Below are positions 11,272 through 24,900 of a stretch of 64,000 bases of DNA, piece after piece. The notes under the pieces were generated by a model. It made no database searches and was not told where the DNA came from. It was given only the letters and a program-made list of their open reading frames with translations. The DNA lies in assembly GCA_002633005.1 (NCBI GenBank), contig NMRA01000210.1, positions 515,104 to 579,103 of the forward strand, in the 5' to 3' direction. The translations under genes and the position numbers were made by a program. Source of the stretch: Phoronis australis. Taxonomy: Eukaryota > Animalia > Phoronida. Position 1 is the first letter of the stretch. Every line of letters begins with the position of its first letter.

Positions 11272-12209
11272 TAGAACAGTGTGTTAGAGGCACAATTTTA
11301 TATTGCTTGTACGTTGGCAGTTGTATTTTGTCAGTGTTGTTCATAGTCGAATCAGATTACTCGTCGGTGTCTTACAGGCTCCTATGCTGAGTTTTGGAGG
11401 TATGGCCTATTTCTACATGTTTATGTTGACAGAAGGCTACACCAATGTTCTGTTGATCTAACATTAGTGTTCACATTACATTGCCGTCAAAAACCAGGAA
11501 TGATCAGACAGGGTGGATATAAATGTATGTACTGGTATTTGCATGGATGACTCTGTTGATAACTTACGAATTAAGATTTTCAACTTCAGATGGCAAATGA
11601 AAATGTAAAAAATGAAAGCTCGTTTGGAAACGTATTGGCTTGCTCTGTGAGAGTTATTGTGTGACACCTCGGCTCATGAACCTTCCTACAGTGTTTGGCT
11701 GAACTTGATGGTACAATTAATGGTTCCACTGTTCATTGGTATGATTTGCCTTGCAGAGCACTGTTCTCAATGTTTAATGAATCTCACGTTTCAAGAATCT
11801 TTTGTCCTCAAGTATGTTAAGCAATGACACTGTCTGATAATGGCGTCTCTCGACAGCGCCTTCTGTTTGTGGTCCTTGAAAGGACTGTGGTCTTGCTGTG
11901 CTGTATTGTCTTAAGTGCACTAGTAGGTCTGGTTTACCAGTCAATACAACAGCATAATGCTAAACAACTGTTTGTTCACAACATTCTTTACCGGTGTCCC
12001 CAGTTGACGTTTGACGTCAATAGTTCAGACTAGGAGTCCATTGCTGCTTTTTGTCTACTCTATATTGTTCATGGTGTGGAAAATGTGATCATTTTACAGT
12101 TTCCATCCACCAGTTATCAGTCTTAATTTATTTAATGTCTTAAAACCTATTCATTCGGGTAGGGCAATGTAGTTAAAGCGCTTGCCTGTGTCTGCTCTGT
12201 CCATACTTG

Positions 12210-12932
12210 ATGTGGATTCACCGAGTCTTCAACCTGGCTTCTTACAGTAGAGGCTGTGTTTGTATTGGCTGTATGTAAAGTGACAGTCCTTGGCGAGTAT
12301 CAGGAGTGGATCCAGGATTTTGAGTTATGGGGGGCCTGGGCAGAATATTAGCCGGAATTTTGCCTGCCAGACATTCGCACCCCTAAACTAATGGAATCCG
12401 GGAGAATTTTAGGGGGGGCATGCCTCCCTTGGCCCCCCTCTAAATCCGCCACTGAGTACAGTTATTAAATCTGGTTAGTGATCTGTCACAGAACACAATA
12501 TCCGCGAGGCTGCCTCACTCCATCTGTCTTGTGCTTCTCTTGCGGGTCCCTGCTGTTCATCATGTCAACCNATGTGGATTCACTGAGTCTTCAACCTGTC
12601 TTCTTACAGTAGAGGCTGTGTTTGTATTGGCTGTACGTAAAGTGACAGTCCTTGGTGAGTATCTGGAGTGGATCCAGGATTTTGAGTTATGGGGGGCCAG
12701 GGGAGAATATTAGCCGGAATTTTGCCTGCCAGACATTCGCACCCCTAAACTAATGGAATCTGGGAGAATTTTAGGAGGGGCATGCCTCCCTTGGCCCCCC
12801 TCTAAATCCGCCACTGAGTACAGTTATTAAATCTGGCTAGTGATCTGTCACAGAACACAATATCCGCGAGGCTGCCTCACTCCATCTGTCTTGTGCTTCT
12901 CTTGCGGGTCCCTGCTGTTCATCATGTCAACC
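12210..12932 (+). repeat. ~360-bp direct duplication across the single N at 12571 (probable haplotype overlap); each copy contains a ~155-bp CAGGAGTGGATCC...ATCCGCCACTG MITE
   Basis: 12210-12570 and 12572-12932 are near identical with scattered SNPs. Confidence 0.85.
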
Positions 12933-13656
12933 TGGACATCCCACGGCAGAATATAGCTGTCATGTTCCCACATAGAATTACTTTTGTTTCGGAAAGACGC
13001 TGACAGTGTAATCACTTCATCTAGCTTCTTCTTTTCTTGCAATTTTTGTAAGATTTTTAGGATCTGAAAACTAGTCCCCTACTCCAGGGTGGCCTGTTGT
13101 CAACAATGCTATGGTTTTAAATTGAAGGGGAGTAATCTGGCGTCTTGGGTCCTCTTTCCTACACCACATAATTGTGTATATGAGTGTCATGATCTGTGTA
13201 GACTCGCTGGACGGACGTTTTAATAGCAAGTGTATTTTTACTATTCATAATCATTATATGTATTTGTACATAAAGTTGATCTAATCCACGTGTGGAAGCT
13301 GTTTACTTAGACGTTCATGGTATGTGTTCTGTCCTCAGACCGGCTTGGCTATTGTTTGTCCGCACAACTTTGCCTTCCTTTAGTGTCGTTGTAAATAGGT
13401 GTAAAGTGAACAAATTAAGGTGAATTGTAAAGCTTTTACTGACTGCCAGTCAACCAGTCAATTGTTGGTCCCTACAGTTTTTCAAGTTGACATTGTTTGC
13501 TTCTGCCCATACAGGGTCATCGTCAACCTTTGGATGTTTCGTTGTTTTAGTCATCCTAAGCTTTTTGCCTATCAAGTCTATTTACGGCTCTTATCTTCAG
13601 TGCAATATTGTGATTTAAGTGATTATATATATAAATATTAAAGTTCTTGCAGGTAA

Positions 13657-13662
13657 AATAAA
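13657..13662 (+). terminator. Candidate GRK polyadenylation signal (~3.2 kb 3' UTR)
   Basis: AATAAA after a long TG/TGTA-rich UTR-like tract, followed by a GT/T-rich downstream element. Confidence 0.45.
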
Positions 13663-16600
13663 ATTTCACTGTGTTTATAGGAGTTAGTTTTCGTTCTTAT
13701 TGGGCTGTTCTGGATCGATACAACCACAGAGAAGTGCCTTTGGACATCCGTGAGAACTACAACTCTGATAATTGCGGCAATTCGGAGGACAAATGGTCAA
13801 TTTTAAATACACTCAATGAAAGAATATATGTTCCATCATCAATACTAATAGGTTGCCGTCCTGTCCTAACTTTGATCAGAGGCATTCCAGTTCAGCCGAC
13901 TTGGCAAAGTTTCACATACTTTTCTGTAACCATTTTAAGACATTTTAATTGTTTTGACAGAAAATCGAAACTTAAACTTTGGAACATTAAGAATGTTTTA
14001 GTAATTTCGTCAAAAAACTCTCCAGAGTACCTTTTGTCAAACACTACAGAAGCTTAAAAGGATGGGTTTCGTTTTTGTTTTTGATCATCTCTGAACTCGT
14101 CGGCAATTTTCGCGCCTCTAACCGATGTTCATCGCTAACGTGGATGGCCGTATTTTTTTAATGCTAGAGAATTTTCGTGATTTTGTTTTTAACAACTGTG
14201 CACTGTCTTAACATACGAATCGATTTATAATGGCCTACTTAAATTGCCGCCATGACTTGACAAGCCCGTAAGAAGGAAAAATTATTGGGGGGGGGCACAA
14301 ACCAATTATAGTTTTTTTCCATATTCAGGCTTCAACTTAATTCCCTGAATCGTCATCATTTCTTAAAAGATTAGTTTCTAATTACCAAAAATCATTTATT
14401 AACCTGTCGGTTTTCGTAGATACATAAACATGTAAATCAGAAACCAACGAATTTGTTAATCAAAACGGAATGTTAGAAGCATTTTCCGCATGCATGCTCG
14501 CAGACTTTTGACGGGTAACCGGGGGAATACGGGGTTTGGGCATTCATAGTGAGGTGTATTTTTGGTCTTTCCGATGTATCTATAACAGTTCACGAATTTA
14601 ACTTGACCTCAAGAAAACGCTGAAATATATATTTAATTCGTTTATTATTGCGAGTATTTGGGTACACTCGTTCGACATGAACACGGTTACTCTAATGGTA
14701 GCCCCGACAGCAGTGTTTTCCACATGTGGGAATTTCTTACAAACAACTCAAAGAAACCATCTTCAAAAGAGATACTATTCTTGTGATAATGTGGGAAACA
14801 GTAACATTAATTTATTACTAACCATAGGAAATAGTCCTTTTGTGTCATTAACAAGCAATGGTCTTCACGTTCTTTAAAATTCCTTACTCCTTTACGATGG
14901 TGGTCAATCATGTTGTATTTTTACAAAATTTGTTGGTTGTTTGAGCCGAATGTCTTGATACTGCTGTGCTGTACATGAATGTTTTGCGCTTTTTGATGAA
15001 TTTCGAATCGCAACTTCCCTCGTGAATACTTGTCAGTGTCGGATTTACATGTAAAGACGGACAAAGGGACATTTCTCCGAACTGCTCCACCGAGAGAGGG
15101 TCCCGTCTGAAATGCGACACCTTAACAATGAAAACCTAAACATCATTAAGCTTGGAAAGAGTGACAGTTCATTCCACCGTCGTGTGGTCAGACGGCGGCG
15201 CAGGAAGTGACCTTCTTCAACATGAAAGTTGGTTTCACGATTTCACAAAAACAGGAAAATAGACGTAATCGAATCCAACATTGGGTCCTCTCTCCGTGAG
15301 CTTACCCTTAAGAATTTGTCAATAGAAATATAAAAACTGTGGTCACTTGAATGTCATAAATGACCTCCTTCAGACGTGGGCCCCCTCTCTATGAAAATAT
15401 CTATATTTTCAAAAATCAAGAAATGAGCAGCAATTGATGATATCTGTCAGGTCATCAATTTTTCTCAAGTGATATACAATTCGAAAAAAGCGACATTCTT
15501 CTCCGTTATCCTTTTCCAGAGAGGGGCCCCTGGAAAAATATGGTTTTGCAGTTGCAAAATTGACTTACTGAATTTAAAAATCCAGTAAATTATACGCTCC
15601 ACAAAAGCTTCGCTTTATAGATTTTCTCGATTTTTCGAAATGTGTGTAGGAGTGATTACGTGCACGTTTCCACTGAGGTGCGTTTAGACGACCTGTGCTG
15701 TGAAAGCGGATACCACAGCAACAATGCCATGGCCAGGATCTCAAAAGGTAAACCATGCACTGATACAGAGTTGTAAAATGTCCTCTTGAGTTTTCTCTCT
15801 TATCCGTATTTAGCAGTCTTTCTTTTCTCGACTGTCCCCGCCCCACGCGTCGGTTGCCACGGGTTAACCCTAACGCCTGAAAATTTTGGGGGGCCCGTGC
15901 CTCCCCGCTTCCTACGGCCCTGCTTGATGATTAAGTTAAGCAGAGAAAGCGCGACAAAAGAACCCATAGCGTGTCTGCGTGTACATGAAAGTAACCAGTG
16001 ACAGACAAAACAGTTGCTGCCTGACCTAGCCGTAAAAGTCGAGGTGCTCCGTTCATTCACTTTTCAACCCGCAGTTCCTTGACAGTGGCGGATCTAGGAT
16101 ATCACAAGGGGGTCCAACATTTTTTCTTTGAGCATTTGCGCAAACCACGATTGCAGATGCGCATAGCACCGAATGGGGGGGGGGTTTCAACTAANGGGGG
16201 GGGGGGTTTCAACTAAGGTAGTAACTAAGAACGTCAGTTCTATCCGATTTATGATGAAATGCGCTGTCAAAGATTATGTGGGACCTTACTGGCAAGTCTA
16301 CAGCCAATGACAAAACACTGACTCGGAGAGATTTTACTGAACTCGGCGAGTCACTTTCTGAAAGTAGAACGCCCATAGGAATTTTTACTTTTTCATGAAC
16401 CAAGGACATAGGGTCACGTGACCATATCTTTTTAGCAAAATGTAGGCAAAAAAGAAAGCCCCATTGATAGCAATGACAACCGTATTAATAGTACGACTAA
16501 ATTTTATTTGATATAACTAAGCTCATTCTTCACTGCCAGTCACGCTATTACATTTTTCTAAACGATCGTTTCAATTTCACTTGGCGAAACGATCGGTGGT

Positions 16601-17036
16601 CGAGCTCTTCCATACTAAATATTTCTATGGTGCCCCAATACAAAAGTAGAAGTTTCGAGAACAGTTCATAAAGCATACAGTTTCTGAGGTTTCCAGCACA
16701 CTCGCGGTGGCAAGGCACGTAAGCTCCTAGGTCCCGTCCTCGAAACAGCCAGGCGCCTATGCCTCGCGCAAAAACTCCACTAGACCAGTATATTTCGTCT
16801 TTGACTGGACTCCGTGACGGATAAAAGTCAAATTTCTAACTTTTACTCTCATAAAATCCGTCGGTTTCGGAGCATTCGCTTACCGTGCCTATGAACATGA
16901 ACCTCGAGGTGGGCCGGCCGGACCGGCTAGTAATTGAAGTTTCTAAGTTTTGAAATGGTCACGCATGATGGGAGGGGCACCACATGGGGATGAGGGGGCT
17001 ATAGCCCCACTTTTTTCAGTGCTGCACAGCCCATAT

Positions 17037-17304
17037 CATGCGCGCACCCAGCCTAAAATATAGGGGGGCTCGAATTTTACGCTATGCGTACCCTTTATTG
17101 ACAAAAACAACGAGGACTTAAAAAAAACCGACAGCTAGATTCGAATCGGGCCAACGTACGCCGTTGTGCGTCCGCGCAGATTTTCTATGGACTTTTGTCT
17201 CGTTTACTCGGACCTTTTGTTTCGCTGAGGCGGACCTCTTTTTTCCAATTCGCCAAATTGGGGGGCTTGTTCGAGCCCCCCTCCCCCCTCGGGGTGCGCC
17301 CATG
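17037..17304. mobile_element. MITE with CATG termini and a 5-bp flanking duplication
   Basis: TIRs CATGCGCGCACCC / GGGTGCGCCCATG; CATAT on both sides (17032-17036, 17305-17309). Confidence 0.7.
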
Positions 17305-17615
17305 CATATGGGTGGTGCACCCGCATCAGGAGGGCCGGCTAGCTGTGCCGCCCATGTGTAGTGCTTAATTGATTTGCTATGACTTGAGTTAATTGCCGGC
17401 AACACGTGCAATTCAGGACTGATATCTGGTGGCGATGTTGAACACAAGATGCTTCCATTGACCATTGACAGTTTCGGCTTGGCGGCGTTGACTCGAGTGA
17501 AGCCCGCCTATATGCTGGCGACCTCTTACTATAACGACACTCCAACCGTTAATTTTCTGCCACCTGGCGGGTTCAGAGCGGCAAGCCTCGTATGCCACCC
17601 GCAGCTATGAGGTCT

Positions 17616-17678
17616 CACAGGCGTCCCAGCTTCTCAGTGGTTGTCCCCAATGATTGCGGACGATCAAAAGCTGAGGAC
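17616..17678. mobile_element. Internally deleted relic of the foldback MITE family at 62953-63324
   Basis: CACAGGCGTCCCAGCTTCT..TTGTCCCCAAT..GGACGATCAAAAGCTGAGGAC shares both arms. Confidence 0.55.
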
Positions 17679-19099
17679 AAGGCTTTAGTGGTAGAGGGGT
17701 CACTATTGCAGCCTCAGAGTAGGTGATTTTAGCATGACAGCGTTTGAATTCCCGTTCAGTGACTTTACCAGACGATCCTGAGCGTGTGATAACATCTGGC
17801 TTCTTTGTTATACTGCCAAGCAAAGTCTTTTGTCTGTTTAGTTATGAATACAGGCAGGCCAATTATCTATATAGTACCAGGTTTAATTTTTATTACAGAC
17901 CACGTGTGAACACCGGAGTCAAACCTCTGAGAGCGAATTGCCAAGAATAGATTATCGTAACTTCGGTTGCAGTTGGGCGATTTTGGCGATTCAACACTAA
18001 ACATGATCACCATTAGACGAGTATTTCAAAAATGCTATTGGTTTATGTGAGAACCTCGAGAGAGTTGTGTTCTGTAACTATCTTGTCTGATTGTCGACAT
18101 CACTTTTATTTAGACCTGATGACATCACACAGCATACCAATGAAAAACTAATATTCATTTAATTGCACGTTTAAAAATGAAATTAGTATTTCCACCGACT
18201 TTATTTGCCAAAACTAACACTTTTACTCAACAAGTACGTGTTATCTGAACTTCTTCCTTAATCCCTGCTTAACTTCAAACATGTCAGCACAGCCCAGTCA
18301 CGGCAAGCTAGATACGATCTTTTTGAAGATTAGAGCAATTATCGAACAAAAGAGAGCTGGCCCTCCAACCATGAATGCCAGAATGGAGTTTATCAGTCGA
18401 GTAAGTTGGCTCCCGAGGGGTAAACTTCCCAATTAAACTTGTTGTTTACCTATATCATAGCGGATGGCGAACGTACCAAGTTCGGCGAGCAACGGGCGAA
18501 AACGCCGTAATGAGGGCTTCGAAAGAATTGACAATATTCGTTAGTGCTGTCGAAAAAGCTCTATTATGATGATCTCACAAGTGTACGAAAGGGCATCACG
18601 GTAAAAATTTGATTTTTTGCGACAGCCCATGCAGTCCGCGTCTCGGATCGGATGGCGGGGAGTGGGAACGCCGAGAATAAGCGTAACTAACGCAAGTACC
18701 TGCGCCAGGACATTGCTAAAATCTAACCAAAGTCACGTGCTCTCATTTGAAATACACAGGAATATCTAACGTAGTCTCGCGAAGACTTTCTTTGAGGTCC
18801 TAGTGTTACTGAACGGGAGCCACTCAATCAATGCGAACTGACTAGGTGACGTAAAACAAGAAATATTTTAGAACGGCTGAATGAAGTTGGCCCTGGCAAC
18901 AGCCAACACAGCCATAGCTCGTAGATAAAGTGGATGCGCCTTTGGTAGAAAAAAACACGCGGCGCCACTAGGACGTGAGTGAGGACCCGGACCTCCCCGA
19001 ATCCTCTTGCAGTCTTACACTCTATCATAGTGTTAAACGAAAGTTGCAGTATAGGTGGCGCTGTGTCAGAGGGTACTTGCAGTCTGTGATCCAGTCCGG

Positions 19100-19190
19100 C
19101 GACTTCACGAACGACTTCAGTGACGCTACATCAGTCACGTGAGTTTGGTGACCAATCAATTTGCACATTGCAAAACCAAGATGGCGGCCC
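19100..19190 (+). promoter_or_regulatory. Putative ERK proximal promoter: TGACG half-CRE, GTCACGTGA E-box, CCAAT box and a YY1 motif over the ATG
   Basis: TGACG 19121-19125, GTCACGTGAG 19134-19143, CCAAT 19152-19156, CAAGATGGCGGC 19177-19188 in a CpG-retaining segment. Confidence 0.5.
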
Positions 19191-19299
19191 AGGGAGGAGA
19201 TCATGCAACTAAAAATGTCATAAGAGGACAATATTTTGACGTTGGCCCACGGTTTACTAACTTGAACTACATTGGAGAAGGGGCATATGGCATGGTGGT
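19181..19299 (+). CDS. MAPK1: ERK1/2 MAP kinase exon 1
   Basis: [40 protein letters not shown]; glycine loop; donor gtaagt; followed by an 11.7-kb intron. Confidence 0.95.
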
Positions 19300-20029
19300 G
19301 TAAGTATGCTTGCAATTTTGCACGATCGGTTTCGAGATATTGTTTTATGAGCAGTTTGTCATTGACGGAAACTGGCACCAGTCCCGAGACCGCAGAACCA
19401 GGGGGCAGACAACATAAAGGTGTCAATTCAACTTGGGGAAAAATTACTGATTTGAACTGCCGTTGGCATTATGCCCTGTAGTGAGGGAGTTGTCGTATTA
19501 GCATGGGATTGTCAAAGTTAGCCTAACCTGCTAATGATGCCTTGAAAGAAATTTAAATTCCGTTAAAGAAATGGCAAGAGCTAGGCAATTACATCGCGGT
19601 AATACATCCCCATAAAAAGTTACACATTTCAAAATACAGCAAATAAAATCGAATGAAACGAACAAAAAGTCCAAGGGACACAAAACTCACAAATTCCAAC
19701 TGATATCTTCCCATGCTTTTTTGCAAGTGTCGTGCACCAGGTCACGCACTTCGCTCAGTCTCGCGCTAGCCTTAGCCCAACTCACGAGACTCAGTTGAAA
19801 TATTTTGTGGTTATCGCGTGCGCTGTGAAGAAGTTGACGGTGACCAAAAAGTGGAGTTGGAATTCTTTTCCAAAGTCACCTTAATTCTAGTAGATATGCT
19901 TCATCGAAGATATGTGTAGAAGCAGAAAGGATCAGTGAAGAAAGTAAGCTCATTTTTAAGTGATAGTTTTGAGTGTGGAATGTGTTTTTGATGAGGTGAA
20001 AACTCCAAATCGGTGGCTGGATTTGGCCT

Positions 20030-20335
20030 ATGGCCCGTATAAAATACATGGGACGAAATGCGTACAGAAAGCAATGTGAAGTATTGTAGCCCCCAACCGG
20101 TCAACCGAGGGGCTACGTGCTGCCCACAGGACCTAGTGCCAGTGGCAATTGACAGTGAGTGAGTGATTGACACCTGCCAGTTTCTGTTTACTCTGCTAGT
20201 CAATTGTTTTCTACTGTCATTTTGTTTACAATCTGACTCCAAAATCGTACCCCCTTGATATTGTACCTGGCTAAAGTTTCGAACCCGGTACTTCTTGCTT
20301 CAGTGCCAGTTGTCTTAACCAGTCGACCAAAGAGC
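20030..20335 (-). mobile_element. tRNA-derived SINE (minus strand) in ERK intron 1
   Basis: Minus-strand head TGGTCGACTGGTTAAG (A box) ... GGTTCGAAAC (B box); 3' boundary uncertain. Confidence 0.5.
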
Positions 20336-20552
20336 AATTGCCCGAAGGAGATTGATTAAGAGAGGCCTTTATATTACTACACTCACTGCAGATTCACCAT
20401 GATATTAGTATTTTCTGAATCCCTCTTCATGCTGAATCCTAAAACGTATCAAACTTACTGATTTTTCTCGTCGCAAAGTTTCAAAAATGTTTGTTGTCGC
20501 AACATTTACTTGAACATTGCATAACTCTGGAGGAATAGTTGGTCCTTCAATC

Positions 20553-20689
20553 ATAGGATTAGTGCCTCTACCCTTCGATCACAGGATTAGTGCCTCTACC
20601 CTTCGATCACAGGATTAGTGCCTCTACCCTTCGATCACTGGATTAGTGCCTCTACCCTTCGATCACAGGATTAGTGCCTCTACCCTTCC
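20553..20689. repeat. Minisatellite, 28-bp unit ACAGGATTAGTGCCTCTACCCTTCGATC, about 5 copies
   Basis: Direct reading of contiguous units with no spacers. Confidence 0.95.
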
Positions 20690-21943
20690 ATTTTTGGGTT
20701 ATAGGGCTACTCTTCCCTCATTTTTAGAGGTAGTGCTACCCTTCGTTGGGGTTTTCTGTACAGTGTCATGATTGTGTCCAGTTACAACTACTAGAGGTCA
20801 CTCTGGTGGAAAAGAACTTTATTTAGCACACCAAAGACCAATGGAAAACAGTGATTCATCATTCATGCTGAGGCAAGAAAAGAAAAATGAGTGTGTTTTA
20901 TGCATTTTTCGAATCAGCAGAAAGAGAAAGTTTAGAAAATGTCAATATTAAGTGGTTAGGATTTTGAAGTCACATTGTAAAAAATAACCATGATGGTTAT
21001 AGGTAAGTAAACCGTTTTACTGCATCACAGACCTGTTTATTTTGATCATGGCCTACTTTGTTTATATTGTTTGCATGACAGGGATATAATCCACAAATGT
21101 GTTCATGCCTCAGGAAGTGATACATTATTATTCATAGGTCACACGCATATGATGGGTTCAATGCTCTCGACAGGCTTTTTGTACATGGCCAGCTACCACA
21201 CTCAAATTTCAGGCCACCATATTTGAATCACACCGACATGATAATTTTCTTAGCCGCCACGCTCAAACACCAAAGTCATGTTTAATATCAGCAATGCAAT
21301 TTTCATGCTCTAAAGTGAAATACTAACCTCAGTATTGACTGTCTCTGAAACTCTGCTTTCACTGTGTTGCTGGCAACTGAAATGTAGCATGGGGTGTTTT
21401 GAAACAAATAGCAGAGATTAATGACTGCAGAGCTCATTCATATCCAGTGACTCACACACGCCTGCCATTTGGAAGTAGACTTGCTTCATTTTTTGGAACT
21501 CTCATTCACACACCTACCGACACTAGTTTACACTAACAACTGAAACCGAGTTGATGTGGCACAACAATTTGTCTTCCTAAAACCACTATGAGGTGGTAGA
21601 CAACCTCTAGCCTATTTACATTGGTCAGTGGAGGCTGGCGGTTGGTGTAAATAGACCAATAAAATTTAGAAGTGATGTCACAACCATGTATGTTTAACAG
21701 AAGTTGATTCGGAATGAGTTGATGCTAGGGTGTTAATGTTGTCACCAATTTCTGCCCAGAGGAAGTCGTACTAATCCTCTCGTTGTATGTCAACTACATG
21801 TCTAAAGACAAAACTACGTAAAGCTGGAATGGATCAAGTCAGCACCGTGCCTCCTTGTGGCAATTTCTTTTTTCGTTTTTCTCTGTTTCTTTGGAGGTCC
21901 TTAACAGATTTTTGTGAAATGAGGTAAATAGGTTGCTACTGAA

Positions 21944-24900
21944 GGGCAATTCCATTTGTGACGGAGGTACAATCAGAGAACATTTCGATCAATTGTGAAA
22001 AATACGTTCATCCTAGGAAAATAATTAATACTTCAATTCTTAGGTCTCTGTGATAGCTTTCAAAACATGTATCAACTTTCCCCCTATCTTTTAATCTGAC
22101 TGAGAAAATTGCCTTTAAAGGGTGTGACGGACGTACGCAGAGAATTTGAACTTTTTGAAAAAATTTTTTAACGTTAATTTCCTGTGGGTTACATTAAGTT
22201 ACAATTTTATGTTTTACAGGATGATTTTGTGGAATGTTGGCGTGATGATTTTTGTGGAATATTTGCAAAGTAAAACAGTCAGACAGTTCGATATAAGTTG
22301 AGTTAGTGTGACAGACGTACGTGATGGACGTACACTCAGGCCTTTATGCAGCGTACGTCCTGGGCGTCCATTTGGACGCCCAGGACGTACTAATGTGGAT
22401 GCCCTGGCAAGGACGCCCAGTGTATCATTTGGACGCCCAATGTATCATTTGGACGCCCACTGTCAATAGGAACCTTTCAGGTTTGAACTCACACATTGTA
22501 ATGAATACTAGGAAGCCTCTGAAGGCTCACAGTGGGGGCTCTTTTTTCAAAGCTGGAAGAAATATACAATGTATATACATATACAATGTATATACAAAGT
22601 ATATGCATTGTTGCTATTTTGACACTTGATTGACAGCATTGTATAAGTCTTGGTCTACACATTTTTTTTTAGTAAAAATGCTCACCATAGAAGTCTGTTT
22701 TATGAACTTAGATGTAAAAACCTTGATCTATGCATTTTTTGTAAAAAATCTATGTGTTTGGGGTATTGCTCGGGGTGGGGGGTTACGCGTCGGAATCATG
22801 GACGCCCTGGAACCCTATTTTGGACACCCTATTTTCAAAATCCTGGATGAAAGCCTGCGTACACTATGAATTTCTAGTATTGAATTATTTGTTGTGACTT
22901 AGATATCAATTCAGAATGATTCCAACTTTTGCAGTATTTAAGCTATATTGGTCTTTTGCTACGAATTCAATGTTTTTTATTAAAATGTGCCGATTGACCT
23001 TTGCGTGAAATCATCACAGGTAGGGCTATACTAGAAGTATAATCTAGGATTTTAACTTTTCAATGCATTTGATTAAAAGATATAAAATAGTCACCTAAAA
23101 TCATCACTTCCTTTTGAAGAGGGTAAGCATTATTGATGGGAATGAGAGTGATAATCATTTTGTATTTGACAGCTGTTAGTTATCAGGAAAATCTGTTTTT
23201 AAGCACTAAATAGAACATTAATTCAAAACTAATAAGTAAATATGACAGTCAAAATATAAAATGTGAAATAAAGTTTAAAACATTACTAATCACTGTCATT
23301 AAAATGCATTTTAATTAATTGTTTTTTAAATCAGAACTTGTCCTTAGAGCTTGTACAAAATTATTCTCTGGTCCATGCTGTTGATGGTTCTGATGCATGC
23401 CCATGTAAGTAATAACTGTGATGTTTTTAAAGTCCTTGTTGCAAACTGCCCATGTGGTTCCAGTATCCGAAAATACTTACTACATAAAATCTTATTTTCG
23501 ACACCCTTTCTTTACATTCTTTTCGCCTTTCTTGCCAAAAGCGATTTTTCAACCGTATTTGACCCTTTTCTCTGAGCGTATGATTACTGGTTGTCATCGG
23601 TTATTTCCGTAACCACATTTCCGGCTCATCAGTTCAGGAACTTGTCCTGAACGCCGCCATTTTTTCCTTGTAACTGAATGTGCTATGGCTTGCTCGAAAA
23701 GTCTTCATTATTTTGTTTTATTAGTAATATATCGTGATTCGTTTGCATATGTAGTGTATTTATAGTTTGTAGTTTGTGGTCGTTGATTCTTTTTGGAATG
23801 TTACGCATACTTAGTATGTTAAAATAGCATTGGTGCTTAGTTCCTTACGTAGGCCGGTCGAACCTAGGAACCAATATGGGTCGAACGTATTTTTTTCCTC
23901 GTTTTGAAAAAGTACTTTGCTATCATCGGAAAGGTAGTACATTCTACTCAGTAAAAATCGAAAAAGTATCAAAATCGGGGCAAGCACTGTAAAGTTATTG
24001 CAAGTTTTGTGGCCAAATTTGGGTCACTTTGTTTGGATCGCGTCGGCCATATTGGAGGACAGCGGGATAAGTTACGAGTTTAAAACTTTGTGTAAATTGT
24101 TTTCGCCAACAAATTACGGTGAAATTTAGTTAGACATATCTTTACTTACTATTCTGCACGATTTAACAGTGTTCACCAAATTTCAGCCTCGCAGTTGTTA
24201 CTCATTAAGTGATAAATGTGCTCACAATTCCCGTTGGACTTCGTCTCATTTCTGGCGGCACCGACAATGTCGACTTTTGCTGAACTGAAAGGCATGTTCA
24301 ATCGGCTACTTTGTAATTTGTGAAGATTTAACGTTGATACATTTTGACAAACGTTGCTACAAAAAAGAAACTTTGTTCAATTTTCGTGTTTTTTGTGTTT
24401 GTGGCCAGCGACCAGTTAGGCCTAAGGGTAGTCTTGGCGCAAAGCTGTCTAGGCCTACTAACAAGCTGTATTTTGACTATAGTCTTCACTGGTAGCTGGT
24501 GACTGAGGCTAACTAAGGTCTGCCGCGGCAGTGTGACACAGGACTAACCAGCCCGTAATTTCATGCAAGTGTCTGAAACTACCCTTGAATATATGCAGCA
24601 TTTATCATTTGACCATTTTACTTCGACAAAACAGCTTGCAACCGCATGCATTTACCGTTCGCCAGTGTCTGGTCTCGATCCGCACCGGGTCCGATAGGCT
24701 GCGGTCCCGAGTCTGGCAAAATAATTTCTGTCAAAATTTATTCGCCACATTTCTTCAGCAAATTCCATAAAATTGTCCGTAGTTTGATTTTATCAAAATT
24801 AAGGCGCGCTGTCGATTTTTTTATCCCCGTTTGCTGGCTGGTAACAGTACAGGCACTGCTCCAGTCGCACTGACGGCGTTTTCTCGGCCTGGGTTCCTGA

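Noticed and set aside
13671-14057. 128-aa ORF downstream of GRK (and the 145-aa ORF at 53220-53657)
   Set aside because: No recognisable motif or splice context; consistent with chance ORFs in AT-rich DNA
20553-20689. 28-bp repeats of CRISPR-like length
   Set aside because: Units are contiguous with no spacers, there are no cas genes, and the context is a eukaryotic intron
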